Part shown: in pieces, positions 11,243-19,758 of the stretch
How the letters are laid out: each line of letters opens with the position of its first letter
Numbering within the stretch: position 1 is the first letter of the stretch
IMG/VR virus record: IMGVR_UViG_3300014838_000014
Span: 1-64,000 of that record
Source: a virus
Reading direction: 5' to 3' (one strand)
DNA: 64,000 bases
Notes under the pieces: generated by a model
Databases searched by the model: none
What the model was told of the DNA's origin: nothing
What the model saw: only the letters and a program-made list of their open reading frames with translations
Position numbers and translations under genes: made by a program

Positions 11243-11452
11243 ATGAAACCAGGTGATTTGATCGAGTGGGTGTATAAATCTGATTCTCAACCTGTCGATG
11301 AGGATGCCGAACTCTGGTCGACACCGATGCAACGTTGGGTTCCAATCGGCGTTCGACCTGCCATCCTCGTTTCGATCACCGACGAATTCTATTCTTGGTT
11401 GACCCCCGGGGGTTGTTCAGCGCGCGTGTGGATAACACGAAGATCATATTGA
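11243..11452 (+). pseudogene. PGDLIEW family copy A2 (frameshifted before repeat 1)
   Basis: 1-nt deletion just before the repeat (reads GCSAR rather than GLFHAR); degenerate repeats at 11411, 11472 and ~11527. Confidence 0.6.
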
Positions 11453-11556
11453 GCGCGAGAGGCTATACGGAGGTTATGTTCGCGCGCTGATGACATGATA
11501 GTCCACTGGAGTAGCGACCAATTCGGAGTTGTTTCACGTGCCATCGGAGAACATCG

Positions 11557-11808
11557 ATGAAACCTGGTGATTTGATCGAATGGGTGTATAAATCTGATTC
11601 TCAACCCGTCGAAGAGGATGTCAAACTCTGGTCGACACCGATGAAGCGTTGGGTTCCAATCGGTGTTCAACCAATGATGCTCATTTCGATCACCGACGAG
11701 TTTTATTCTTGGTTGACCGCGGAGGAGTTGTTCCACGCGCGCGTGGATGACGCGTGCGAAGGTCGTATCCCGGTCAGGCAACATTCTCGGTTGTTCCACG
11801 CGTTGTAG
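11557..11808 (+). CDS. PGDLIEW family copy A3
   Basis: paralogous core; repeats at 11726 and 11789 (period 63). Confidence 0.7.
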   Translation: MKPGDLIEWVYKSDSQPVEEDVKLWSTPMKRWVPIGVQPMMLISITDEFYSWLTAEELFHARVDDACEGRIPVRQHSRLFHAL

Positions 11809-11818
11809 GAGAATCTAG

Positions 11819-12073
11819 ATGAAACCAGGTGATCTCATCGAGTGGGTGTATCAATATAATTCTCAACCCGTTCTTGAGAATCAAGAACTCTGGTCAACGC
11901 CGATGCAACGTTATATTCCAATCGGTGTTCAACCTGCCGTTCTCATTTCAATCACCGACGAGTTCTATTCTTGGTTGACCCCGAATTGGTTATTCCACGC
12001 GCGCGTGGATGACGTGTTTGCGCCCGTCACGCGCGAACGCTTTCGGCGGGTTATTCCACGCGCGCGTGGATGA
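11819..12073 (+). CDS. PGDLIEW family copy A4
   Basis: paralogous core; ends VIPRARG* within repeat 2. Confidence 0.75.
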   Translation: MKPGDLIEWVYQYNSQPVLENQELWSTPMQRYIPIGVQPAVLISITDEFYSWLTPNWLFHARVDDVFAPVTRERFRRVIPRARG

Positions 12074-12128
12074 CGCGGTGTCGCGCTCTCTGGTCGCACG
12101 GCGAGACTGGGTTATTCCACGCGTTGTA
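11988..12128 (+). CRISPR. mini-array A4: 3 repeats, 2 spacers
   Basis: GGTTATTCCACGCGCGCGTGGATGACG at 11988 and 12049, truncated copy at 12110; period 61/61; both spacers ~70% GC. Confidence 0.75.
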
Positions 12129-12159
12129 ATCCTTTGATTTGTTTGTTACTATCTTTTTC

Positions 12160-12411
12160 ATGTCCTGCGAACTCTTGGAAGATGTTGTTGATAGCACCGG
12201 TCGCGAATTGTTTTTAACAATGAATGTTCACAACAATTTATTTATTGAAATTGAATCTTATACACACGAATCATGTTGTAGGTTTCACATTCCTCCCGAT
12301 GAAAAAGGAATCAAAAATGCGAACACGTTGATCGAAGCGTTGCAATCTTGGTTAGCACACGTGAAGTTGTGTGAAGATGATAACAATCACGTGTCAACTT
12401 CGACAAAATGA
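12160..12411 (+). CDS. hypothetical protein
   Basis: ORF; ATG 12160 follows a promoter-like TTGTAA...TACTAT. Confidence 0.5.
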   Translation: MSCELLEDVVDSTGRELFLTMNVHNNLFIEIESYTHESCCRFHIPPDEKGIKNANTLIEALQSWLAHVKLCEDDNNHVSTSTK

Positions 12412-13607
12412 ATTCAATACCGTTTTGTGTTCTGAAGCACGTCATCGGTACTCCACGGCACCTTCTCTTTAACGATGGGTTCTCGTGGGTGGATGTTATT
12501 CCTGATCACACGTTCTTCGTCAACGATGTAGTATTGGAGAACGATAATTGGTGCCTGAACACCGTTGCAAGGCTAGCGAACGTCGACTTGCAGTTGTTAC
12601 CACCATCGCGGTTCATCAATGCGATTAGATCGTGTTCGTTCACAGGTGATGTTCCATGGCAGAAGGTGATGCCCATTCGTGAACACCATGCCTTCGTGAG
12701 TGGCATCATTGATCGATCGAATGTGAGCATTGGTTCGCCTTCGTTGGGTTACTTTGAGACCGTTTGGAGGGCCGGAAATGCAGTCATTGCCTCATTGCAA
12801 CCCGTTCACGTTGATCGATCTAAATGGCAAACGTTGATATCGTTGAACAGGGGAAATGTGCCTGCGATCAGGTCGTTCGAGCCGAACGATGAAGGTGTGG
12901 CAAATCGGATTGTGTACAACAGGTTCGCCACGTTAACCGGCAGGTTGACAGTACAGAGCGGTTGTCCACAAATCCTTACGTTGAACCGTGAGTTTAGGAA
13001 CCTGATGGTGTCGCGTTACGGATCTGAGGGTTCGATCGTTGCGATTGACTTTGCTTCATTGGAGGCTCGCGTGCTTCTTTACGAGCACGGTGGATCGTGC
13101 GATGAACACGATCTGTACGGCTCGATCGCAAGGGAGATGGGTTGCGATAGGAACGCTGTCAAGGGTGCAGTGATCAGCGAATTGTATGGTAGCAGTAGGC
13201 AAGCGTTGAGTGATGCGTTGGGAATGAGCGGCAAGGAACTGACCGCGTTCGTGAAGCGAATCAAGTTGCAGTTCAGGACGAGCGAGCTGCTAGAACGAAT
13301 CAAGGCATCGTTCATCGCTAATGGCTACCTCACGAACAGGTACGGACGTCGAGTCGTTATTGATGATCCTCTCGACAACGTGCTTGTGAACTACTACGCT
13401 CAATCAACGGGCGTTGATGTCACGATGCTTGGATTTAACCAAATCATCGGTTTATTGCCGAACAGAGCACACCCCGTGTTCTTGTTACACGATGCAATGA
13501 TCGTTGACGTTCACAATGATGACCTTGAAGCGGTGATGGCGATTGATCACGTTAGGGTTCGAGGGTATATTCAACGTTTTTATATGAAATCAACGATCAT
13601 TGCTTGA
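12408..13607 (+). CDS. family A DNA polymerase domain protein (no exonuclease domains)
   Basis: 'TLTGRL', motif A 'DFASLEARVL', motif B-like 'RNAVKGAVISELYG', motif C 'LHDAMIVDV'. Confidence 0.75.
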   Translation: MNSIPFCVLKHVIGTPRHLLFNDGFSWVDVIPDHTFFVNDVVLENDNWCLNTVARLANVDLQLLPPSRFINAIRSCSFTGDVPWQKVMPIREHHAFVSGIIDRSNVSIGSPSLGYFETVWRAGNAVIASLQPVHVDRSKWQTLISLNRGNVPAIRSFEPNDEGVANRIVYNRFATLTGRLTVQSGCPQILTLNREFRNLMVSRYGSEGSIVAIDFASLEARVLLYEHGGSCDEHDLYGSIAREMGCDRNAVKGAVISELYGSSRQALSDALGMSGKELTAFVKRIKLQFRTSELLERIKASFIANGYLTNRYGRRVVIDDPLDNVLVNYYAQSTGVDVTMLGFNQIIGLLPNRAHPVFLLHDAMIVDVHNDDLEAVMAIDHVRVRGYIQRFYMKSTIIA

Positions 13608-13640
13608 ACACGTGACAGAACGTGGTTTACGTTTTGTGTT

Positions 13641-13823
13641 ATGCAAGACAACGATGAATACATTGAAGTTGGAATCGTCTACCTTGAACACGGCGTCGGT
13701 GGACCTGGTTTTTACATCTGGGAACGTGAGGACTTTGATGCGGGTTGCTTCTACTTCGGTAGAACGAGGCCGACAGAAAATGAACTGAAGGCGATCAATC
13801 CTCTGTACGTTGAGGTGCAGTGA
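13641..13823 (+). CDS. hypothetical protein
   Basis: 60-aa ORF overlapping the start of the next gene. Confidence 0.45.
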   Translation: MQDNDEYIEVGIVYLEHGVGGPGFYIWEREDFDAGCFYFGRTRPTENELKAINPLYVEVQ

Positions 13824-14458
13824 TGTCCCTCACTCCAGAACAGATCGAGCAGAACTGGACTCGTTTTACGTTGCTGTGTGAACGAACTGGCGATCGTGTT
13901 GCATCGATCAAGTCGATGCTTGATGAAATTGATGAAAGGCTGTGCCTGTGTCCAGCGTCAGCGAAGCGCGATTACCACTGTTGTTTTGCGGGTGGATTGG
14001 TTGATCACAGTTTACGTGTTCTCAACAACCTCGTCACGATCAACAATGCTTATAATTGGAAGCTACCGAAGCAGAGCATGATCATTGCATCGTTGTTTCA
14101 CGACCTCGGAAAGGTTGGTCTTCCAGGAAAGGAATCGTCAAACGACTTCTACGTTCCTCAGACTGATTCTTGGCGTCGCGACAAGTTGGGTGAGGAATAC
14201 ACGTATAATAACAATATAACATACATGACGACGCCCGATCGAACCGTGTTCGTCCTGCAACACTACGGCATCACGTTGAACGCTGATGAGTGGTTGGCGA
14301 TCAAGCTCAACGACGGAATGGTTCTGCCCGAGAACAAACCCTATTGCTTGAAGATCTCGCCGCTCGTCTATGGATTATCAACGGCAGATTACATTTCAAC
14401 GGTCAGCGAAAAGGACGTATTTTATTGGCCTGCCGTTGATCAAGACGTTACAGAATGA
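13823..14458 (+). CDS. HD-domain phosphohydrolase
   Basis: 'H..FAGGLVDHSLRV' and 'LFHDLGKVG' (YhaM/Cbf1-like HD motif). Confidence 0.75.
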   Translation: MSLTPEQIEQNWTRFTLLCERTGDRVASIKSMLDEIDERLCLCPASAKRDYHCCFAGGLVDHSLRVLNNLVTINNAYNWKLPKQSMIIASLFHDLGKVGLPGKESSNDFYVPQTDSWRRDKLGEEYTYNNNITYMTTPDRTVFVLQHYGITLNADEWLAIKLNDGMVLPENKPYCLKISPLVYGLSTADYISTVSEKDVFYWPAVDQDVTE

Positions 14459-14468
14459 TACTTATTCC

Positions 14469-14690
14469 ATGAGCAACCTGCTCAAAGAGTACATTCGGTT
14501 AGCGGTTTTGGAAGCGCATGATGCTCGGGTACCAAATCAATTGGTTTCCGATGACGTTGATGATGATGAAAGCGGCGAAGCGGTCGACGAGATGGGTGCA
14601 GGAGCTGGATCAGGCGGAATTGCGGGTTATACCGCTCCGTTGGGAGCAGATCCTGACCAACTTGGACGATCTAAAAACGGTAAGCGGTAG
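14469..14690 (+). CDS. small putative virion/late protein
   Basis: MSNLLKEYIRLAVLE N-terminus; TACTTA motif at 14459. Confidence 0.55.
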   Translation: MSNLLKEYIRLAVLEAHDARVPNQLVSDDVDDDESGEAVDEMGAGAGSGGIAGYTAPLGADPDQLGRSKNGKR

Positions 14691-14773
14691 AAACAAACGT
14701 GGTAAAACGATCTTGAACAACGCAGGGTGCGGTGTTAGGATCGAATTCGTAAGAAGGAAAGAGGAAGACGAAG

Positions 14774-15703
14774 ATGGCTGTGAACCTAGACGCAATTCGT
14801 AAGCGGATACTCGAACTAAGCGGACAGAGCAAGAACTCATCTGTCCAACTATGGAAACCGACGGTAGGCGAGTACAGAGTGCGTCCGCTACCTTGGAAGG
14901 ATACGACTCCTGAGCAACCGATAAAGGAACTGAGGTTTTATTACCTCGGTGAACAACGCAGGATCCTTGCTCCGATACAGTTCAATAAGCCTGATCCCAT
15001 TGCTGAGCTAACGCGGAAGCTGTATTCGAGCGGTTCGGCTGAAGATCGTGAGTTGGCAAAGAAGCTGCGAGCAAAGACGACGGCATACATTCCGATCATC
15101 GTTCGTGGTCAGGAGGACAAGGGTGTTCTGGTTTGGAGCTTGAATCCGTTCCTGTACCAACGAATGTTGAGCTTCTTCACAGATGAAGATGGCGGTGATT
15201 ACCTTGATCACGAGACAGGAAACGATCTAAAGGTCGCTCTTGTTCCTTCGAAGAAGGTGTACAACGGTAAAGCTCAACTCGACACGAACATCGATCTCAA
15301 ACGTTCGTGTAAGCTATCTGACGATCCTGCTCAGGCCAAGAAATGGCTCGATGCGATTCCTGATCTAAACGACCTGTATAAGTTACAGACGTATGATGAG
15401 ATCTCATCGTCATTGAACACGTGGCTCGATAGCGGAACAGCGATTGATCCAAAGGCTGATGGCGCCGCTCGTGGGGCTAAGCCGAAGGATGATCTCGACC
15501 TGTTGAAGGAAGAGATTGCCGCACAACCCGTTGTCGTTGAGTCGAAGAAGGCTGCGATCGATGAATCCGTGGTTGTTGAAAAGACCGCAACAAAGAAAGC
15601 GTCGAAGAAAGCTGTTAGCATCGATGATGACGATGATGCACCGAAGCCCGTGAAGCAGAGCCTCGAAGATGCATTTGCAGACCTGATGGTCGACGAGTCC
15701 TAA
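14774..15703 (+). CDS. single-stranded DNA-binding protein (gp32-like)
   Basis: 'YIPIIVRGQEDKGVLVW', 'DYLDHETGNDL', acidic C-terminal tail; upstream of recA. Confidence 0.75.
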   Translation: MAVNLDAIRKRILELSGQSKNSSVQLWKPTVGEYRVRPLPWKDTTPEQPIKELRFYYLGEQRRILAPIQFNKPDPIAELTRKLYSSGSAEDRELAKKLRAKTTAYIPIIVRGQEDKGVLVWSLNPFLYQRMLSFFTDEDGGDYLDHETGNDLKVALVPSKKVYNGKAQLDTNIDLKRSCKLSDDPAQAKKWLDAIPDLNDLYKLQTYDEISSSLNTWLDSGTAIDPKADGAARGAKPKDDLDLLKEEIAAQPVVVESKKAAIDESVVVEKTATKKASKKAVSIDDDDDAPKPVKQSLEDAFADLMVDES

Positions 15704-15738
15704 CGTTGTAGCTGGTGGCGATGTTCATTGCCACCGAT

Positions 15739-15810
15739 GCGTTTCTGGTGTAAAGTCGCACGCCCGGGATCCAATCGGGAGATGGAGGTGCAAGTCCTCC
15801 GTTACGCTCA
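15739..15810 (+). tRNA. tRNA-Gly(TCC)-like, possibly degenerate
   Basis: cloverleaf: GCG.../...CGC-T-CA acceptor, D arm GTGT/GCAC, anticodon stem CCCGG/TCGGG with loop GA-TCC-AA, T arm GGAGG-TGCAAGT-CCTCC; two T-T acceptor mismatches and A at position 33. Confidence 0.55.
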
Positions 15811-15844
15811 AATTCTATCAAATCACAATGTTCGTGGAGGTTAC

Positions 15845-17080
15845 GTGGCCAAGAAAGAGAAGCTCGAAGCAGGTTCTGTTAAAACTGATACAGAAGTACT
15901 CGATGAGTTAGATCAGCTGACAAGTTCGCTTATTCGAGATATAAATAAGGAATTTGGTCTACGAGTTGCTTATAACTTGGCGGAAACGCAGGCTCCAACT
16001 GTTGTTAAACGTTGGATTCCGACTGGATCCATACAATTAGATTATGCGATCAGGAACGCTCCTGGAGGAGGTTATCCTGAGGGAAGGATCATCGAGATCG
16101 CCGGAGTTCCTTCAGTTGGTAAGAGTCACCTTGTCTACCATACAGCTGCTAATGTCCAAGCGATGGGCGGACTAGTCGTATATATTGACACGGAGAATGC
16201 AACGCCGATCGATAAACTCAAGTTGATGGGAATTGACATTCGTAAGCGATTTGTGTACTGCGATACACACTGTACAGAAGAGGTGTTCAAGATCGTTGAA
16301 TCGATCATTCTAAAGGCAAAGTCGATGCCTTCGACGAAGGATGTGCCAATTCTCGTTGTTTGGGATTCAGTTGCGGCATCATCGCCAAAGGCTGAACTTG
16401 AGGGTGATTACGATAAGGATACGATGGGTCTACAGGCACGCGTCATAAGCAAGGCGATGCGAAAGATCACGGGTGTCATCGGTCAGAACAACATCACGTT
16501 CATCTGTGTCAATCAACTGAGGGACGCGATCGGCGTGATGCACGGTGATCCACAAACGACGCCGGGCGGAAAAGCTATTCCATACCATGCTAGCGTTCGA
16601 TTACGATTGACATCTGGATCGCAGGTCAAGGATAAACACGGAAACGTCATCGGAATTCACGTGATCTGCACCGTGAAGAAGAACAAGGTCGCTCATCCTT
16701 TCAGAAAATACGAGTTTGATATCATCTTCGGATCTGGAATTTCAGAATGCGAGTACATCTTTGATGAGGTTCGTTCGTACTGCGCAGAAAACGATGTTAC
16801 ATTCGATTGGACGGATGAAAAGGGCGTTGTTCACAACGTCATGGCAACAGTTGCGGGTACATCAGCTTGGAAGGATCTAATTGTCAGTGATACGAAGACG
16901 GGTGAAGTTCTCGTTGAGAAGAAGTTCTACAAGCCTGCATTCGGCGACGTGATGAAGGATCCACAGACGAAGTTCTTCGTCGATAAGGTGATCGAGGCTA
17001 CATATACGCTAAAAGTGGGCGAGAAAGCCATGGACGAGGGTGAATCGCCAGCAAGCGATGACGTTGAAGACGAGAGTTAA
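15845..17080 (+). CDS. recA: RecA/UvsX recombinase
   Basis: Walker A 'GVPSVGKS', 'YIDTE', 'WDSVAA', 'NQLR', 'TPGGKAIPYHASVRL'; GTG start after GGAGG. Confidence 0.92.
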   Translation: MAKKEKLEAGSVKTDTEVLDELDQLTSSLIRDINKEFGLRVAYNLAETQAPTVVKRWIPTGSIQLDYAIRNAPGGGYPEGRIIEIAGVPSVGKSHLVYHTAANVQAMGGLVVYIDTENATPIDKLKLMGIDIRKRFVYCDTHCTEEVFKIVESIILKAKSMPSTKDVPILVVWDSVAASSPKAELEGDYDKDTMGLQARVISKAMRKITGVIGQNNITFICVNQLRDAIGVMHGDPQTTPGGKAIPYHASVRLRLTSGSQVKDKHGNVIGIHVICTVKKNKVAHPFRKYEFDIIFGSGISECEYIFDEVRSYCAENDVTFDWTDEKGVVHNVMATVAGTSAWKDLIVSDTKTGEVLVEKKFYKPAFGDVMKDPQTKFFVDKVIEATYTLKVGEKAMDEGESPASDDVEDES

Positions 17081-17881
17081 GTGATCGAGTGTATGATATG
17101 TCATGCACAATTCACGATGGTTTCTAACTCGCACATCAAGAAACATGGATTGACGTGTGAAGAGTACAAACGAATGTTTCCAGGCGTTGTTTTAGCCAAA
17201 CAAACGTGGTTAGACGAATGGCGTAATAGCGATGTTAATAAACGACATTGTCGTGAACAAGCAATCATCATGCTTAATGATGATGAAATTCAAAAACGAC
17301 GACGCGTAGGATTGAATGAAATGTGGCAGGATTCTTTGTACCGTGAACGTCACGCAAAGGCAATGAAGGTTGCACTAAGCGTCGAGAGTTATCGTCAAAA
17401 AATAAAAAATCGAGTTGTCACGCATCGCATGCGAATGTCTAACTTTGATAAGTGGGTTGCTGATTTTGGTCACGATGAAGCCATTAAACGCCAAGCAGAT
17501 TGGATGTCAAAGAACGTTTTACCCACGAAATCTAAGAACACAAAGATTGAATTGATGGTTCAAACCATGCTAGATGAATTACGTGTTGAGTACAAAACGC
17601 AGTTTCCAGTTCTTCATTACTTGTGTGATGTGTACGTTCAATCATTGAATTTGATCATTGAAGTTAATGGAAATTATTGGCACGCAAATCCATCGATTTT
17701 TAAATCTGATGACATCATTGGACATAAGAAAACGTTAGCCAAAGAATTATGGCATAATGATGAACGTAGAGTAAATGAATTAATTGAAATGGGTTATAAA
17801 GTTCTTGTTCTTTGGGAAAGTGACATTAAGAAGATGAATTCAACGCAGTTAAAAACGCTGATAGACGAAAGGATAACGTAA
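17081..17881 (+). CDS. Vsr/DUF559-like PD-(D/E)xK endonuclease with N-terminal zinc finger (homing-endonuclease-like)
   Basis: CxxC..H..H finger; 'DVYV..LNLIIEVNGNYWH', 'GYKVLVLWESD'; AT-richer than neighbours. Confidence 0.7.
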   Translation: MIECMICHAQFTMVSNSHIKKHGLTCEEYKRMFPGVVLAKQTWLDEWRNSDVNKRHCREQAIIMLNDDEIQKRRRVGLNEMWQDSLYRERHAKAMKVALSVESYRQKIKNRVVTHRMRMSNFDKWVADFGHDEAIKRQADWMSKNVLPTKSKNTKIELMVQTMLDELRVEYKTQFPVLHYLCDVYVQSLNLIIEVNGNYWHANPSIFKSDDIIGHKKTLAKELWHNDERRVNELIEMGYKVLVLWESDIKKMNSTQLKTLIDERIT

Positions 17882-17886
17882 CAACA

Positions 17887-18333
17887 ATGAACATCAACGT
17901 AAAAGTTAAACTGGATGCCATTACCGCTTCGTTGCCAACGTATGCTACCGCCGGTTCTGCTTGCTGCGACGTTCGAGCCGCCCATGATGCCGTCGTTCAG
18001 ATGCGTGGTGGAACAGCTTTGATCGGCACCGGACTCTTTCTCGAGGTCCCGGATGGGTACGAGTGTCAGATTAGGCCACGGTCTGGATTGGCGTTGAAAC
18101 ATTGCATCACCGTTCTCAATTCTCCTGGTACGTTAGACAGCGATTATCGAGGAGAACTGAAGATTTTATTGATCAATCATTCATGCTATTATGATTTTAA
18201 CATCAATTCGGGCGATCGCATTGCACAGATCGCGTTCGTTCCTGTTACTCAAGCAACGTTTGACGTTGTCGATGAATTGAATGAAACCGAACGCGGTGAA
18301 GGTGGATTCGGATCGACTGGTGTCGCCGGCTGA
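17887..18333 (+). CDS. dut: dUTPase (trimeric)
   Basis: 'GSACCD', 'RPRSGLA', 'GTLDSDYRGE', 'RIAQ', 'RGEGGFGSTG'. Confidence 0.93.
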   Translation: MNINVKVKLDAITASLPTYATAGSACCDVRAAHDAVVQMRGGTALIGTGLFLEVPDGYECQIRPRSGLALKHCITVLNSPGTLDSDYRGELKILLINHSCYYDFNINSGDRIAQIAFVPVTQATFDVVDELNETERGEGGFGSTGVAG

Positions 18334-18743
18334 TGGATTTTACCGTTCAGTGGACGATTTCAGCCGACGTTGAATCACTTGTTGATAGCATCGTTGAGTG
18401 TAAAAAGGGGTTAGCAAACGCTTTAAAGGCGAAGAATCCGTTCAATACGAGGTTGAAGGTCGTTGCTTGTGATGCATATGCTTCGCCGAAGCTATGTGAA
18501 CTGCTCAATTTGAGCGAGCTGTGCACGTTGGTTGATCCTGATTCTGATGTTGAAATCGTCGTTGATGAACGTCATCCGATCAAACAATCTGAATTTTCAA
18601 CGCCGATCGCAGGGTTTGAACTGTTTACGTTGTATAACGATGAAATAATAGGTGATGATCGTATCAGGATCATTGTTCTGTGCGAAGTTGGTAACGATAA
18701 CGTTGAGATTTACTATGGCAACGTGGAGTTGGTGAGTTCATGA
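18333..18743 (+). CDS. hypothetical protein
   Basis: 136-aa ORF coupled to dut. Confidence 0.55.
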   Translation: MDFTVQWTISADVESLVDSIVECKKGLANALKAKNPFNTRLKVVACDAYASPKLCELLNLSELCTLVDPDSDVEIVVDERHPIKQSEFSTPIAGFELFTLYNDEIIGDDRIRIIVLCEVGNDNVEIYYGNVELVSS

Positions 18744-18985
18744 AGGATGCTGTTCTGTTTTTAGAGTTGTTGACGAAGAGGTTTCCACCCATTTCGAGGC
18801 ACAGCCATCAGTTGTTGCTCAGGAACGGGAAGTTGCAATTGAACCTCGTCAACGTCACGCCGTGTTGGAAGTTTACGTTCGATGACTCTGACGTGTTGAA
18901 ATCAGCAAATCAATTGGTCGATGAAATTGCACGGATCATGGTAACAACGAAGGAAGTTCCTCCGCCTCCTGATTCGATTGCTTAG
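18740..18985 (+). CDS. hypothetical protein
   Basis: 81-aa ORF with ATGA overlap. Confidence 0.55.
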   Translation: MKDAVLFLELLTKRFPPISRHSHQLLLRNGKLQLNLVNVTPCWKFTFDDSDVLKSANQLVDEIARIMVTTKEVPPPPDSIA

Positions 18986-18991
18986 ATGTTT

Positions 18992-19690
18992 TCATATGTA
19001 TCGTGCGTCTACACATACATTCGTTGATGGCACACGATCAGTTGATGGTGCACGTTCAGTTGATGGCATACATCGTTCATAGGCATCGTCTGTTCTCTGT
19101 GAGTAACCGTAGTCAACAAGCACAATACGTCCATCTGCCGCTTTACCCCATTGCATGTAACCGTCAATGTCATCGAATGTAATTTCATTGTTCTTGCGTA
19201 ATTTGTACAGTTTTTGTAGCAATTCGGGTGATTTGTTAGTTATATATTCGTTAGTTATATCTTTGAGGGTTATGAGTCTAGTACGTCCATCATCGTGACC
19301 TGTCGCGGCAATATTTAACTCTTTATCAGATTTGAACGGTCTAACAAGATCAGCGATGATCCACGTATATTTTTGTTCATCGTACTTGTGGATCTTTGTG
19401 ATGATTGATTTCAATAGAGATGATGCATTTTTATAGATTGCAACTTCTTCCTCGTTTTGTATAAGTCCTAATTCGTTGGATGCGATCTTCATAGCAAACC
19501 TGCTGCTCAACGTGTACGCGACTCGGCTCGAACCCTCGCCTAGTTTTTGTAACCTTCTGTCGGCATACTCAAGTCGCTCTTGTATCGTTTCTAACGACTT
19601 GAACTCATAGAGGTTGAATCGTTCATTGGCACCGTTCTTCGATCTGATTCTTTCAATCATCAGTTTGATGCATTCGTTGATAGCGTCCAT
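18992..19690 (-). CDS. protein-kinase-like fold protein
   Basis: Gly loop 'LGEGSSRVAY', 'AMKIA', 'QNEEE', 'IVLVDYG'; C-terminal PSTxRx repeats. Confidence 0.55.
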   Translation of the reverse strand: MDAINECIKLMIERIRSKNGANERFNLYEFKSLETIQERLEYADRRLQKLGEGSSRVAYTLSSRFAMKIASNELGLIQNEEEVAIYKNASSLLKSIITKIHKYDEQKYTWIIADLVRPFKSDKELNIAATGHDDGRTRLITLKDITNEYITNKSPELLQKLYKLRKNNEITFDDIDGYMQWGKAADGRIVLVDYGYSQRTDDAYERCMPSTERAPSTDRVPSTNVCVDARYI

Positions 19691-19758
19691 CGTTGATAGG
19701 TATCATGCAGTCTACCTACCGTTGAACTTCACGTGTTTCGTTGTTACTGTTGAAGTTC

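Noticed and set aside
10997-11799. Minus-strand ORFs recurring over the cassettes (and other antisense ORFs over long genes)
   Set aside because: They are shadows of the repeated + strand genes; synonymous variation patterns support the + frame.
13823-14458. HD protein as Cas3'' serving the mini-arrays
   Set aside because: Motifs fit a YhaM-like HD hydrolase in the replication module; no helicase partner or other cas genes are adjacent.
15728-15844. N-terminal extension of RecA given in the ORF track
   Set aside because: It overlaps the tRNA-like element; GTG at 15845 has a GGAGG SD.
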